Origin: Rhodosorus marinus CCMP1338
Taxonomy: Eukaryota > Plantae > Rhodophyta
Direction: 5' to 3'
NCBI GenBank assembly: GCA_029953675.1
Contig: JAMWBK010000001.1
Coordinates: 186,001 to 250,000, forward strand
Length of the DNA: 64,000 bases
Made by a program: the position numbers and the translations under genes. Positions 22,201 through 34,546 of the stretch are shown here, piece after piece (position 1 is the first letter of the stretch; every line of letters starts with the position of its first letter). The notes below the pieces were generated by a model, which worked only from the letters and a program-made list of their open reading frames with translations, was not told where the DNA came from and did no database searches.

Positions 22201-24099
22201 TGCTCACCTGATATTTCCTTTGAGTTCCTGCACCGTATTGAACAGCCGCTTTCTCTCTGACCACTCTTTTGCGTACCGGTGCTCTGCTTCTCGTCTCAGC
22301 TTTTCTTCTTCGGCAAGCCTCTGCCCTACTGTTTCAAGCGCAGCAAGCTTTTCCTGCAGTGTAGCCCTTAGGGAATCCAGCTCCTGCTGCAGACCATCAT
22401 TCTCCGGTCCAACTGTGTGGGCTTCGTCAAGAAGCCCTCTCGCCTCTTGTAGAGCAAATTCAAGCTGTCTGCGTGCTTCGCTCGATGACTCCCGCTCCTC
22501 TTCGAAAAACTCGACGTAATCAGAGACAACCATTCGAACGTTGTCCAGCTCATCAAATAGGTTCGTAATGGGCTGATTTACCGAGATCTTCAAGGAACTC
22601 AGACGAAGATTGACATCTGCGATCTGCTCCCGAATTCCCTCAATGGCAATCTATCCCGTCAGGACGTAAGGTTGGCAACGGAAGAACATCAGAAAATTGT
22701 CTCCGCTGACAGAACACGAAACAAGCGAATATGGGTACTGGACATTTTCATACCTGGTCCTTGGATGGCGAGCTGCCACCTGCAGGTTTCATCATCGACT
22801 TGGCCCGCAACGCAGCTATTTCACGTTCTTTATCCCTTGCGAGCTTTCTAGCTGCTTGAAGAGAGCTTTGCAGCTCCGTAATTCGACCTCGATGGCTCTT
22901 GGACTCCCAAATGTCCTCCTCGTGGGGGATACTCCCCTCCAAACCGCAGAGACCAGGAGAGCTAGTCTCTGTCGAGTCCTCGTCTTCGTCGAGTACCTTC
23001 AGGAAACTCCTGAGTCTGCTTACGGGTGTTCCTATTCCGGACTCAATGATACTGTATTCACCATTAGCCGCAGATCGGTTTCGACTGGGAGTCATTGTCA
23101 ATTGTTTTCTTGCTTCCGGGCGACTGGGTGTTCTGTCAATGCTGTCTATTATCTGCACAGATCTGTCAGCCTCGCTTGCCAGATTCACTTTTCGCAATGT
23201 AGTCGACTCCCAGCATCTTTTCTTGCTATTGTCGTCGATGCAGATGTATTTGTACTCGATATTTTCAACATCATCCAATTCCACTTCCAGCTCCCAGTCT
23301 CCTTTCCACAGCCCTTCGAAAGGAGCCTGGGCCGTCTTCTTCTGCATTCGTATTGCACTGTCCTCCTTCCATGATCCAAGAGCAACCCCAGCCCCAACCG
23401 CATACACTGTGACGTCGTCGTTGGAAAGATAGTTCGTCTTAAATAGCACCCTGTAAGTCTGCGGTGAATCGACTTCTTCTTCCTCCGGCTGTTTATGAAA
23501 CGCATTGCTGCGTCTCCTAGAGGCATTCCTCCCGGCTCCGACTCCGCCAACAGGTATCAGTTTTATTGAGTAGTTGTTCTCATGATTGAGCCAATTCACT
23601 TTGTTGCTGTGGAAGCTCCACAGCCGGAAGAGCGTTTCATCGGAAATGGTTACCTGAATTTATCACAGGAACGCCAAAGAGCATTCGTAAGCATCCAATT
23701 TGATCGAAGAAAAGGGATCCAGGAACATGAATCTGGTTTCCGTACCTTCACCAAGGCCCATGATGCACTCCAGCCTTTTCCGTCGTGGCGGATCGTGATG
23801 TTTAAAAGGTTGCCAACGAAGGGAGCGCTAAAGGCAACCTCTGTTACGCTACCCCGCAGAAGCTCTCCGTGCGTTAGCGGAATTTCTTCTGTTGTCCTAC
23901 AGTCTCCGACCATGGTTAAGTAAACTTGAGCGTCGGTTCCTCCCCATCGCGCATCTCCTGTTTGCAGGGTAACGGAATACCGGTGCATTTCACTAGATAC
24001 ATTCCCAGAATCTTCAGCACCACGGTCCCTCATGCTACCACTTTCTCCTCGCTCCGGGGTCCTCAAACTTGGACTCCCCATCGCCGACGAGTCAGTCAT
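19253..24099 (-). CDS. Kinesin-14 family motor with N-terminal PLAT/LH2 and CBM20 (starch-binding) domains and a coiled-coil repeat tail
   Basis: Exons 24099-23747, 23653-22754, 22650-22208, 22121-21473, 21376-21092, 21005-20202 and 20128-19253 (one further probable in-frame intron) join by GT-AG with matching phase. Motor motifs [37 protein letters not shown]; kinesin-14 neck [20 protein letters not shown]. Confidence 0.93.
20229..20660 (-). repeat. Six tandem 72-nt (24-aa) coding repeats in the kinesin tail, consensus SAxKDEQIxALEEKxxNLExxxxS
   Basis: KDEQ/KDKQ-encoding blocks recur at 72-nt spacing (approx. 20280, 20352, 20424, 20496, 20568, 20640). Confidence 0.9.
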
Positions 24100-25517
24100 C
24101 CGGAAGGGTCCGAGAATGAACTCCCAGCCCTTGCGCGTTGCACTGCACTATTGATTCGAAAGCATGAACATCCAAGAAATCCGAACGTACATGTAGGATT
24201 AGTACGTCAAGATCTCCAACCTGCTCTCTGCTTGCAGGAAGTTGAAAACAATCGCGCTCATCTCAATTCTCGTCGACCCCGAAGCATTTTTTTTCTACCT
24301 CGACTTGTGCCGTCCTCTCCCAGTTTCATATGGAAGACTGCATACCACATAAGAAAATGAGTAAAACTAGTGAGTCAAAACAAAACAGTCAAGTTACACC
24401 TGCCTTCGTTTCCGATCGCTTCGCTGAATCCCCTCATCAACCTGAACACGACTCGCATTGCTGAAACTAGCCGGTAGGGGCAATGTCACCTAGGCGCTTT
24501 TGAATTTTGAATTTGTGGCAGATGTCAATCATTAAAGTCAATCACCAAATGCAAATGATTGAAACAAACGCAGTCATTCTGAGCGATTAATGACTGTAGT
24601 CAATCAATAATAAACATGCATTGAGGAGATAGCGTATATATCGGTGGCATCATCTGGAATAGTAGATCTTTGGTGATCTTGATTTTCTCGATAAAGTAAG
24701 TATATAGATTCGTATTGTATTTATGTTTTGATATTTTTGATGCCTTCTGCCATTTTGGGCGTGTGGGCCGACGGCGGAAGGCCCTATCTCATTTTCCTCC
24801 ATTTCCGAGACGTACGGAATGTAATTTAGCTTGTTAACACACCCAGACGTCTCGAAAGAATGCTCTTGCCCCTCGCTTTAGCTTGGCCCAGTCGAAATCC
24901 CCGACATATGCAGTCCTAATTATAAATAAATCTACTATCGTAAAATAGATTGTGTGCTGACCAGGGGTGGTTAAGAACTTGTTGCGCTTCAGGAAATGTC
25001 AACTGTGAAGCTAGAAATGGCTAATATTCGGTGCTTTCATGAAGCACCGAATATTAGTCTCTGAAATACGAATAGAATGCTACTTAATGAATATCTGATT
25101 ACCCCGCTGGTTATCAGAGAAGAATAGGGAAGTATTCAACGCAACGCACAAGTCTAGTTTTAGACCGGTGATCCCATAATGATTGTTTTGTTTTTCTTGA
25201 CCCCCGTGCGCAGTGAGATCTTTCTGGTTTTGTTCATTGCGAGATGTGGTTTTTTCGGGGGTTGCTGAAGAGAATACAAAGTAGTGGGTTGTTCTTGAGT
25301 GTTTTCGAGTTTAGGACGACGCTTCAAAGGGCGGAGTTGTAGAATGAGGGAAAAAAAAGTTAGGTTTTGGTTGATTTTGAGGGGTGTGGAGCGCGAGGGT
25401 GGAGTGATGTATTGAGTTTAGGAGGTTTGGGAGGAGAGTGGGCGATTGTTTGTACGAGTGGGAGGCCTGTGAAGGATAGGAGGTAGATCGTAGGTAGAAG
25501 TTTGAGGACTAGGAATC

Positions 25518-26279
25518 ATGGTTGATCCTGAGCCAACGCCTGCGTCGCCGCAGGCTACCAAGCTGGCGAAGCTGGCTAAATTGCAAGCCTCTGTACGGAT
25601 GGGTGGCAAGGGAACGATGAGAAGAAAGAAGAAGGCGACACATAGAACGGCGCCAACGGACGACAGGCGTTTTCAGGCAACCATTAAGAAGATGGGTATG
25701 GCTCAGATTACTGGAATTGAGGAAGTGAACTTGTTCCGTGATGACGGCACAGTCACAAACTTCATGAATCCTACTGGTAAGATCTGGTCCCACTCCCCTC
25801 ATACTGAGCAGTGAGCTCTCGTTCACGATTCTAACGAGAGAAGTGTCTCCACATGGATAGTACAAGCACAGCTGCACGCCAGCACCTACGTCATTTCGGG
25901 TCAGAACCAAACAAAACCGCTTCAGGACATGCTCCCGAGTTTGATAAATCAGCTCGGTCCGGATAACATAAAGAACATTAAGAACCTCATGGAACACCTC
26001 GTTGCCAAGGAAGGCGGAGAAAACGGTCCGGCCGAGGAAGGTGATGAGGAAATTCCCGAGCTCATGGAAACCGAGAACTTTGAGAACGTTGAAGGGGAAA
26101 AGGTGAGTTTCGAAATTCCTTTCTTGGAGATATAGATTTTTGCTCTCCACGACTAGACCTGTGCTAAAAAGCTTACCTACGGCTTGTAATGTGTAACGCA
26201 GGACGAGACCAAGGGAGAACCAGCTGAGCAAGCCGAGGAGGCGCCTGCTGAGAAGCCCGAGGAAACTGCTGATGCGTAG
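25518..26279 (+). CDS. BTF3: Nascent polypeptide-associated complex beta subunit (BTF3/Egd1)
   Basis: Motifs [22 protein letters not shown] and [14 protein letters not shown], plus an acidic tail. Three exons; stop TAG at 26277-26279. Confidence 0.95.
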
Positions 26280-28464
26280 GCAGAACAGGATTAGACAGCA
26301 GACGAGGTTGAGATGGGGAGACGGAAATAGCTGCGTTTTGTACTTTGTTTCAGGAAGCACTCTTTCTCGTTAACCAATAGACTTGTTTTGAACAGTGCTC
26401 GGGAACCTAAGTCGCTGTAGTGCGCTGCAGCCACCAGGTTTGACTTACCGAGCTCCTCGTCGTTAACTTTGATGTTGTGTGCCGATCATCACCGACCGCT
26501 ATATTTTTCGGCTGATAAAACGGCACAGTGCTTTGTGAGGTAAAATGAGGACGTCTATCAATCGAACAGAAAATTGGGAATGGACCGATCAATATCTAGA
26601 GCACGCTGGAGTTGTGCTCCTTCCCCTGTGTTTTCATCTTCCGCCAGTAGCGTGGGTGGACGAAACCTCAGAATCGTATGCCGCTGTGGATGAACCTGAG
26701 ATGTGCAGGGATCCAGGCCTGGCGACGATGAGAAGCCTGTTCTTGACTTCTGGAAATATTTCCCAAACAGATTGCGCGAGTTATAGCAAGGAGATTCGCA
26801 GATTTACATGAAGTCAGATCCAAAAATTTGCCTAGACTCTGTAGTGGAACATGCATCGAATCGCAGTGTACCTCTGTCCGCGGTATAAACCCTTCCTTGA
26901 TTCCAAAATTCTCTAGGACATAAAGCTGCACTGGCAACTTAAGCCTTAGGAAAATCGGGTAGTAGATTTTCTTTGGTGTCTGCATCGTGAGAGACAAGCT
27001 CCAAACCCCTTTGAAACTGGTACAGCCTGGCAGTTCTGGGGGAGGGGAGGAGGCCTACGAATTTTTGGCACTGCCATCAAGAAACTCGGCAATTGGCGTC
27101 TCACAACCTCAAGCACATTGTTCCAAGCGGGGAGCTACCCTTTTCAGAGACTGAAATCAGTTCCCTAGCCCAGCCCAGCCATCCAAACATCCACGCTCAC
27201 GTGCAGCAGCACGCGTCCTCGCCTCATTGTTTCTCGTAACACCGTTTCACTCTCATCCTTCGGAATAGACTTCCAGAGCGCTCTGAATGTGGCTGCTCCA
27301 GGGACCTTGTCTTCAGCTCATCTCCCGCTCGCAACCCATGCCCTCCACCAGAATCTCCACTGAAACCAACGACCCGACCAGAAAAGTTAATGTAAGAGTC
27401 ACTTCCCCGCGAAAAGTTAAGAGTCACCTGTAAAAAACAATCAGATTCATTCCGCATCCCGAATAGTTTCGGATTTTCAATTTAGATTGTTGGAGAATTT
27501 TTCAGCCTTCTTGCCTGGATCCCTGCTCCGCACGAACTAGCACAATACATGGATTCAACTGCCCCTCTTTACAAACGCACCAGAGACAACGTAGGAACAG
27601 CCAAAAAAACCCTACCCCCTTACCTTAGCTCGTCTAAATTGTTGGCAACTAGATCATTCATATAGCAATAAGTTCTTGGGGATGCATCGATGGGTAATCG
27701 CGTTCCAGCAAGAGAGGGTGAACATCAGTGATTCTATTGGGAAGTGGTTTAGGAAGTGGTTCGGTGGGGAAGGGGTGAGGTTGGTCATCCCGGGGTTTTC
27801 GATCACAACTTCTTCGCGAAAAGAAACAAACCCGTAAAAAGATATATTGTTGTTTTCAATAGCGAGCTACAGTCAAAATATTCATAGTAATCAATGTTTT
27901 TCATATCCAATTCCTCGCCAAGGCACAAATTTCCAGTACTCTTAGTTTTTCTATATGTCAATAAAAGTTGATCATTTCTATCCGATTTATTTCGCAAAAA
28001 ATATTTTTAAGAACAATATTATCAATAAATATTTGCATTGAATCTCTGTAAATTGTTTCTTTAATAATACAGATATCTGCTTATTCGTAATTTGGAAGGA
28101 ATTCAGGAAAGACCGCGGAGGGAGAAAAAGGAAAAAGGGTTTCCTGTCAGTTGTGTTTCAGGGTGAGTTCATTCCAGGCTTTCTCTGTCGACCTGGAGGG
28201 GCTCAGAGGAGTGTGTGTTGTTATTGTTGGTTGGCTGGTAGACGGGGACAATAAGACAGTAGGGGATATTCCAATTCGATCTTGGAGAAGAGAATGGAAG
28301 GGGTGCTGGTGGTGCTAAGGGGGTTGGTATAGGCTTTTTGAGGTTTTTGTTTTTGGGGAAGAAGGACGTGGAGGAGAGGTTGTATTAGCGGGGATTCGAC
28401 AAGGTGTGGGTTTGTTCTATCGAGATTTGGTGGGGTCTCGTTTTGTTTCGAGGCGTTGGTCGAG

Positions 28465-31400
28465 ATGGGTTGGGGGGATCCGGGTGAGCTTGTAGAGCTG
28501 AACGGGGCCTCTGGTAAGACTTGGCAGCTTAGGTTTGCCAAGTTGGTATGGCCCCTGCGAGAGGATCCGGATGCGGCGTCGACTGTGTACATGATGAAGG
28601 AAAATCTCCCTAACGGCAAGGTGTATATCGCAAAAACGCAGTTTGCTGATACTGATGAGGATATGGAGGACTTGATCGCCGAAGCAGCGAGCTGGAGGAA
28701 GATTAGCCTAGAGAATAACAATCGGTGGCCTCCAAATATAGTTGAACTTCATGATGCGTTTATTACCCGCGGGGAGGACTCCTCCGTAGTGTACCTGATG
28801 GAGCTCGGCGAGAAGGGAAACCTTCCCAAGCCGCTCCCTGAAGATCAGGTGGTAAAAGCGCTCCAAGAGATATGCAACGGCGTTCGCAGTGTTTTGAACA
28901 GCGGACTCCCCTGCCATGGCTACGTAGCTCATTCTAACGTTGTGGTATCTTCCAAGGTGAGTCTCCGCAACTAAGAGCATGTGGACACATCAGCTCGGAA
29001 GGCTCAAGCTGGTGATTCCGCTTTCTCGATTAAGGGAGTTGCCAAACTTGCTGGCTTCGGTGCTGGTCGAGCCAAGATTCTGCGCAGTCATCCCCAACTG
29101 TCAGAGAAAGACGATGTATCCGCAATCGGACGCCTAGGGTTCGAATTGCTCGTCGGGCGACCTCCGTCCCGCACGGAGACTGCCCTTCCGAAACAGGCTA
29201 TGCTCTCCGTACGAATAAGGGAAGCCATTGACTCCGCGATGTCTCCCCCACAAAGTCGACCAGACTTGGGGGCGTTCACACGCATGCTGTCCGAGGGGGT
29301 GCAGGCAGGACTAATGTCCGAGACAAGCATGAAGGGAGACCTGAAAAGCCGCGGGGGTCTCCCTCCGGTTGCTTCCATGTCCATGAGACGGGGTATGCCC
29401 GCAGCTCCTCCACCGCCCGCTGCAGGAATGGGCCGTCCTCCACCGTCTCAGTCCCGGTCATCGCTCATGGATGCAGTAAACCAAGTTTCCCAAGCCTCGA
29501 TACGGGGAGCGGTACCACCTGCAGGTGCGCCACCCGCCGCCGGCCAGCAGGCATATGACTCAGGCTCCGGAGGCAGCCTGGGAGGATTGGGCAGGAGATC
29601 TAGCGTTATGGATGCCGTGGCCACCGCAAGCCGGCGCGGGGGTGATATGCTGGGAAATGGTGATGCAGGATTGGGCTCGAGAAGAATGTCAATGGATCCC
29701 TTTGGCCTGGCTCAGCGGACATCGACTCCAGGAGAGAAAGCGAAAGACGTATCGGAGTTGTTGAACAAGGTGAGAACACAGTAATTGTGTTTGTTCTCAG
29801 CTGGGAAACAGTTGATCAACCCGGTGACGATTGCTGTAACGTTGAACTCAAGCTGTTTTGGCTCACTCTTTTGACCGTATAGATTACGGACCCAGACGTT
29901 ACCGTTTTCGATGCAGAGTCCATGAAAAAGCTTCTCACGCTCCTGCACGAGGCCAAGGCTTCACCAGATGTGTTCAGGGTCCTATTCAAACGTCCGATTA
30001 GCGTGGACCCAGTAATCGCTTTCAAAACGTTGACTGCTGTGCATCTTATGATGGCTGAAGGCCCCCTAGAATTCATTGACATGACTTTGCGCCAGGCGAA
30101 GTTCTTCGAATGGATTGAAAATAGCTGGTCAGCAGATGCAGTTCAAGCCAATATGGACAAGCACAAGTTCAGCTTTGCCTTTATGAGTAAGTGCCTACTG
30201 AGTCATTGGTCTTTCAAGTGGGATGGACGGAGTGGATCATTGGACTCATAGTACCGTTCCTTTTCTACCTCACAGATGGCGAGATTGCAAAGTACGCGAA
30301 CTTCCTCCGACTGAAGGCAATTTTCCACTACAAGGCTGCGTACGCGTTCCACGGGGACTGGTCCAGGAGTGAGATGCTATCGGAGGCCGGCGGGGACGCA
30401 GTACAGGGCAGAGAAAGGAAGATCTTAGCTGGGGTTGCTGATATGATGGACCTGGCTGAGGATGTTGCTGGCTCCATCATCCTTGGGCAGGACCCGTGCA
30501 GGTAATTATTACAATCGGACCTCGTTTGTGAGTGTCTGTCGATGCTTGACCTAACCACGTTGTAATATCCCAATCGGCGACCAGGAACATCAAGATTGTC
30601 AGCTTCCCAGTTCTGGTTGGAGAGATCATTCATGGGTACGAGGCCGCCTGCGAACTGGTCGACTCTATTGAGAACCTGCACACGAGGCGAAAGTTGGTGC
30701 CAGCCTTCAACCGTTGTCATAACAGTGCAAGGAACGTCCTCATGGCATTGAACGCGGCCCCCGATCTCAGCTCCAAGGTGTCCCCTGAGATGGCTGGCAT
30801 GGAGATCGATGAGAATCCTCCAGGTATCGGGATTTGGATAATGTTGATGTCCTGATGAGAGGTATTCAGTCGGATGTAGGTTGACTGCTCACGTTGGATA
30901 TCGATGTTTTCACGCAGACATTGCCGCTGAACCCGAACCGGAGCCGGTCGTAGATTTGTCCTACACTGAGGAGGTAGATGAGGGAGAGAAGAAGAAGAAG
31001 AAGAAGAAGAAGAAGAAGAAGGAGAAGGGGGAAGAGCCCTTAGTAGAGGATGCCACAGAAGATCCTGCTGCGGGTGATGAAGCAGCTGCGGGAGGAGCTG
31101 TTGTGCCCTTCCAAGAGAACAAGATAGGGTTGCTTGTTCGGTACGCCGCTGAACATGACGGAGATGCACCGGAAGAAGAGCCAGTAGAGCGTGCCGCTAA
31201 TCCTAACGTTGAGAATGCTGGTCTTTTGGCGGACATTCTGGGTAAGCGAGAACGCGGTCGCTGGGAATTTTTCGGAGCGTGATCTTCGGCTTCCTGGTCT
31301 GGTCACATGCTGCCCAATCTTACCAATAATCTCGGCTTTTCGTGACAGGTGAGGCACCCACGGCTGAGGAGGGCGGCGATGCAGGAGTTGGAAATTCGAT

Positions 31401-32767
31401 TGCCCTGGCCTTAACCGATGAGGCGAGGGAACAGGAACGCGCAACTTTGCGAGAGGCGCGTGAGAATTCCGCCGCGTACTCAATGGCACTGGTATGCGGT
31501 CCACAGTCTATCACGATAGAAATGACTAAATACAGTTTGCCGGTAGGTAGGTGTTCGGAGAAACCTAACCTTGCTATTTCCTTTTTCGACAAGACTGTGG
31601 TTGGAGAAGCACCTGTTTTCGAAAAGACGCACCCTCCGTTCTGTCAGTGTGCAATGTGCCAGACAACGACCGCGGTGCAGAATATGACTGTCTATGGTGC
31701 AGGAGATGAGGATGAAAATATTGATCAAACGCCTGTTGATGCCACCACCGAAATACCAGAAAAGTTCATCATAAACGGCAAGGACGTGAAAATAGGCCAA
31801 GCCATAGGAGAGGGAGGATTTGGATCAGTGTACAAAGGTAAGTTGCAATTCGTGGAGCTTGCAAACATTCGTGTCTGGAAGGCGTACGTTTCCGAAAGCC
31901 AAGTCCTTCTTTCGATGTTGGGATTTTTTTTCTGCCGTCAGGAAAATACAAGCGGAAAGAAGTCGCGGTCAAGAAGATTCAGAAGGCATATTTGCAGGAC
32001 GAGGCTATATATGATGCCCTCAAGAAGGAAGTAGCGTTGATGAGTCAACTTGAGCACAAGAATGTTCTCAAGCTTGTCGGCGCATACCCGAAGAAGAACA
32101 ATTTTATGATGTTGTTTGAGTACATGACTCGGGGATCTCTCTTTGACATGATTCACAAGGCTCGCGCACGGCTGACTTGGCCTATTGTGAAGAAGCTTGC
32201 CACGAATCTAGCACAGGGTATGGCTTACCTTCACGCGTCGAAGGTAATGCACAGGGACTTGAAATCGGCGAACATAATGGTGGACGAGGACTTCAGCGTG
32301 AAGATAGGTGACTTTGGAATCGCTGTCATCCTCTCTGGTGAGGATGACGACTCCAGCGAGCGCCATGGGTGAGAGTTCCCAACAGCTTCTCAGCTTGCCG
32401 ACATAGCACTTCGAACTGGAACGTTCACTGACTGTAAGGTTTCGTTCGCCTATGAACGGATAGATTCGCGGGTACTCTGCAGTATATGGCTCCCGAGGTC
32501 ATTCAGAAGCTACCTTTCACTGAGAAGAGTGATGTCTACTCTTTTGGAGTTGTGCTATGGGAGATGGTCTCGATGGAACTCCCTTACGCTGGCGTAGATC
32601 CACAAGTAGCTGCGGATCAGGTTATGAACAACGGCTTCAGACCACAGATCCCACCGTTCTGTCCTCAACCCCTCGCGGTGCTCATATCTTCCTGTTGGAA
32701 TCAGGAACCAACTTTACGGCCCTCGTTCGTTCAGATTCAAGAGCTGCTAAAACGGATTCCGGGTTAA
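28465..32767 (+). CDS. Multidomain protein: N-terminal pseudokinase + Pro/Gly linker + ANTH-like domain + C-terminal TKL (Raf/MLK-like) kinase
   Basis: Phase-consistent GT-AG junctions traced at 28957, 29769/29881, 30186, 30501, 30823, 31241/31349 and 31837. ANTH-like VIAFKTLTAVHLMMAEG and IAKYANFLRLK. The C-terminal kinase has GEGGFG, VAVK, HRDLKSAN, DFG and GTLQYMAPE. Confidence 0.85.
30989..31021 (+). repeat. (AAG)11 coding microsatellite (poly-Lys)
   Basis: Directly visible AAG run encoding 11 consecutive lysines in an exon of the multidomain kinase. Confidence 0.95.
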
Positions 32768-33132
32768 TAAACCTGAGCAACTATTGAATACTCTACTCCC
32801 CCGCACCGAGCTTCTTCTTATTTGAAACGGAGACTGATACCCTATAGTACGAACGAAAACAAGACAACTTCACTCTAGATCACCGTGCTTACTTACTACG
32901 GAGCCGTCTTGAGGATGGACCCTCGAACAAACGCCTACCTCGAGCATTGACGTGCAGCGCATAATGCATGAATTCCCCAACGCCGCAAAATCATCTATCC
33001 CTGCTCTTTGGCCTCGCAGAACAGCAACCCCGCCTTCGAGAGGAGAGGCCCTTTGATCTTGACAGAGTGTAAGCAAATCTGGTACGGACAAATTGTTTTT
33101 ACATATAACTGCCTCGCTGCTTTCGTAGAATC

Positions 33133-33749
33133 TCATGCAACGGCAAAACCAACAATGACCAGGCTGTCCGTCTCGGAAGCCAAGATCTTATGCTTTTTAG
33201 GAGGCGCGACTCGAATGCACGCACCAGGTGTCATGGCAAGCGCTTCGCCGTCCAGAATCAACGTCCCGTTGCCAGAAAGAACTAGGAATACTTCGTACAT
33301 ATCGACGTGCCAATTCTCAGAGGCGATCTGGTCAATGAGCCGAACCAGTGCCTCCTTCAGTGCTCGCAAGGCGTTGAGGGTCTCACTGGTGTTTGTGCTC
33401 CTTACCTGGCCAGGTTTCAGCTCGGACCGTGCGACTTGCGTAATGTGTGGTATTTCACCATTCCTAACTAATACCTGCAAGAGCGGTGTGTGTCCAAGTG
33501 CCACTGTTACAGTGAGCAACTAGAGCAAAACCACGAGCTCCAGAACAACCCGCATATCCGATTCGTTTTCGGGCTTCTTACCTGCTTGAAAATGTCTTCA
33601 TCATGTGATACGCTCTCAAACGGGATGTTTTCAAGGTGAACATAAGGGCTTACGTCCGGGAGAGCCTTGCTTCCACCAAAAAAGAAATGAGCAACAAGCA
33701 AGACCTCGCTACAGACAAGAATCAACAAAACCGGTGCAGGAACGTTCAT
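33133..33749 (-). CDS. Cupin_2 domain protein with N-terminal hydrophobic leader
   Basis: Spliced product VSHDEDIFKQVLVRNGEIPHITQVARSELKPGQIASENWHVDMYEVFLVLSGNGTLILDGE...PGACIRVAPPKKH shows cupin motifs 1 and 2. Two short introns. Confidence 0.85.
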
Positions 33750-34546
33750 CTGGAGCTTCCCCGTTTCCCCACTAATCGTTTTTGTCCTCTCTTAATGACA
33801 ACTGTGCTCACAACTTCACAGGGATCGGACAAAGGCTAACGTGACGCTCTCTATCCACCTCCAACAAACTCCTAACACGGCTCTGGAGACACTTGTCCTT
33901 ATCAATCAATCGCTCGAGTTCTTGACCTCCACCATAGCAAAGCAGGACAAAATTAGAGCGAAAACGTCTATATCTAGATATCCTATACAGAATTTCAAAT
34001 CTAATTCTGGCGTTTTGATCTCGAATTAGGATATCTGAGCTCTATAATAAGGCCCATCTGACGATCTGCGTGTATATGTGGACGATGACGGTTTGGATGG
34101 ATTCACGTGTTGAGCATGGAGGTTCGCTTCATGTTACATGTGGATTTCTATCGTCATACAACCAACCCCAGTAAGGATTTTCGGCTTTGCGTGGAAAGGA
34201 CTTGCCCAAGAACATCGATGAACACTTTTGTTGATCTCCATCCTCACGAGACGCGGTTGGTATCTGAGCTGACGACGACTGGACTACTGGAAGCGGCTCC
34301 TTTGGTCGTTGCTCCCTGGTCATTTTGGCTCATGCGGAACAGAAAATTGAGCTTTTTCCCTTTTTTTCAATGCAGTTCGAAAATTTTGTTTGGTTAGCAG
34401 TCTCGATGTTGGCCTTTTGCCACTCTCTTAGGTGGGCATGGTCCTTCATCAACGGTCAGAGTGGATTCTAGATGTTCAGCAGAAAAGCAATGCGGGCTCT
34501 TTCTTGAACAGCCCTGGTAGTGCATAAATAGATGTGATTTGATTCC

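Noticed and set aside
26400-27500. Possible gene between BTF3 and the multidomain kinase
   Set aside because: Only short ORFs on both strands and no convincing exon chain or motif.
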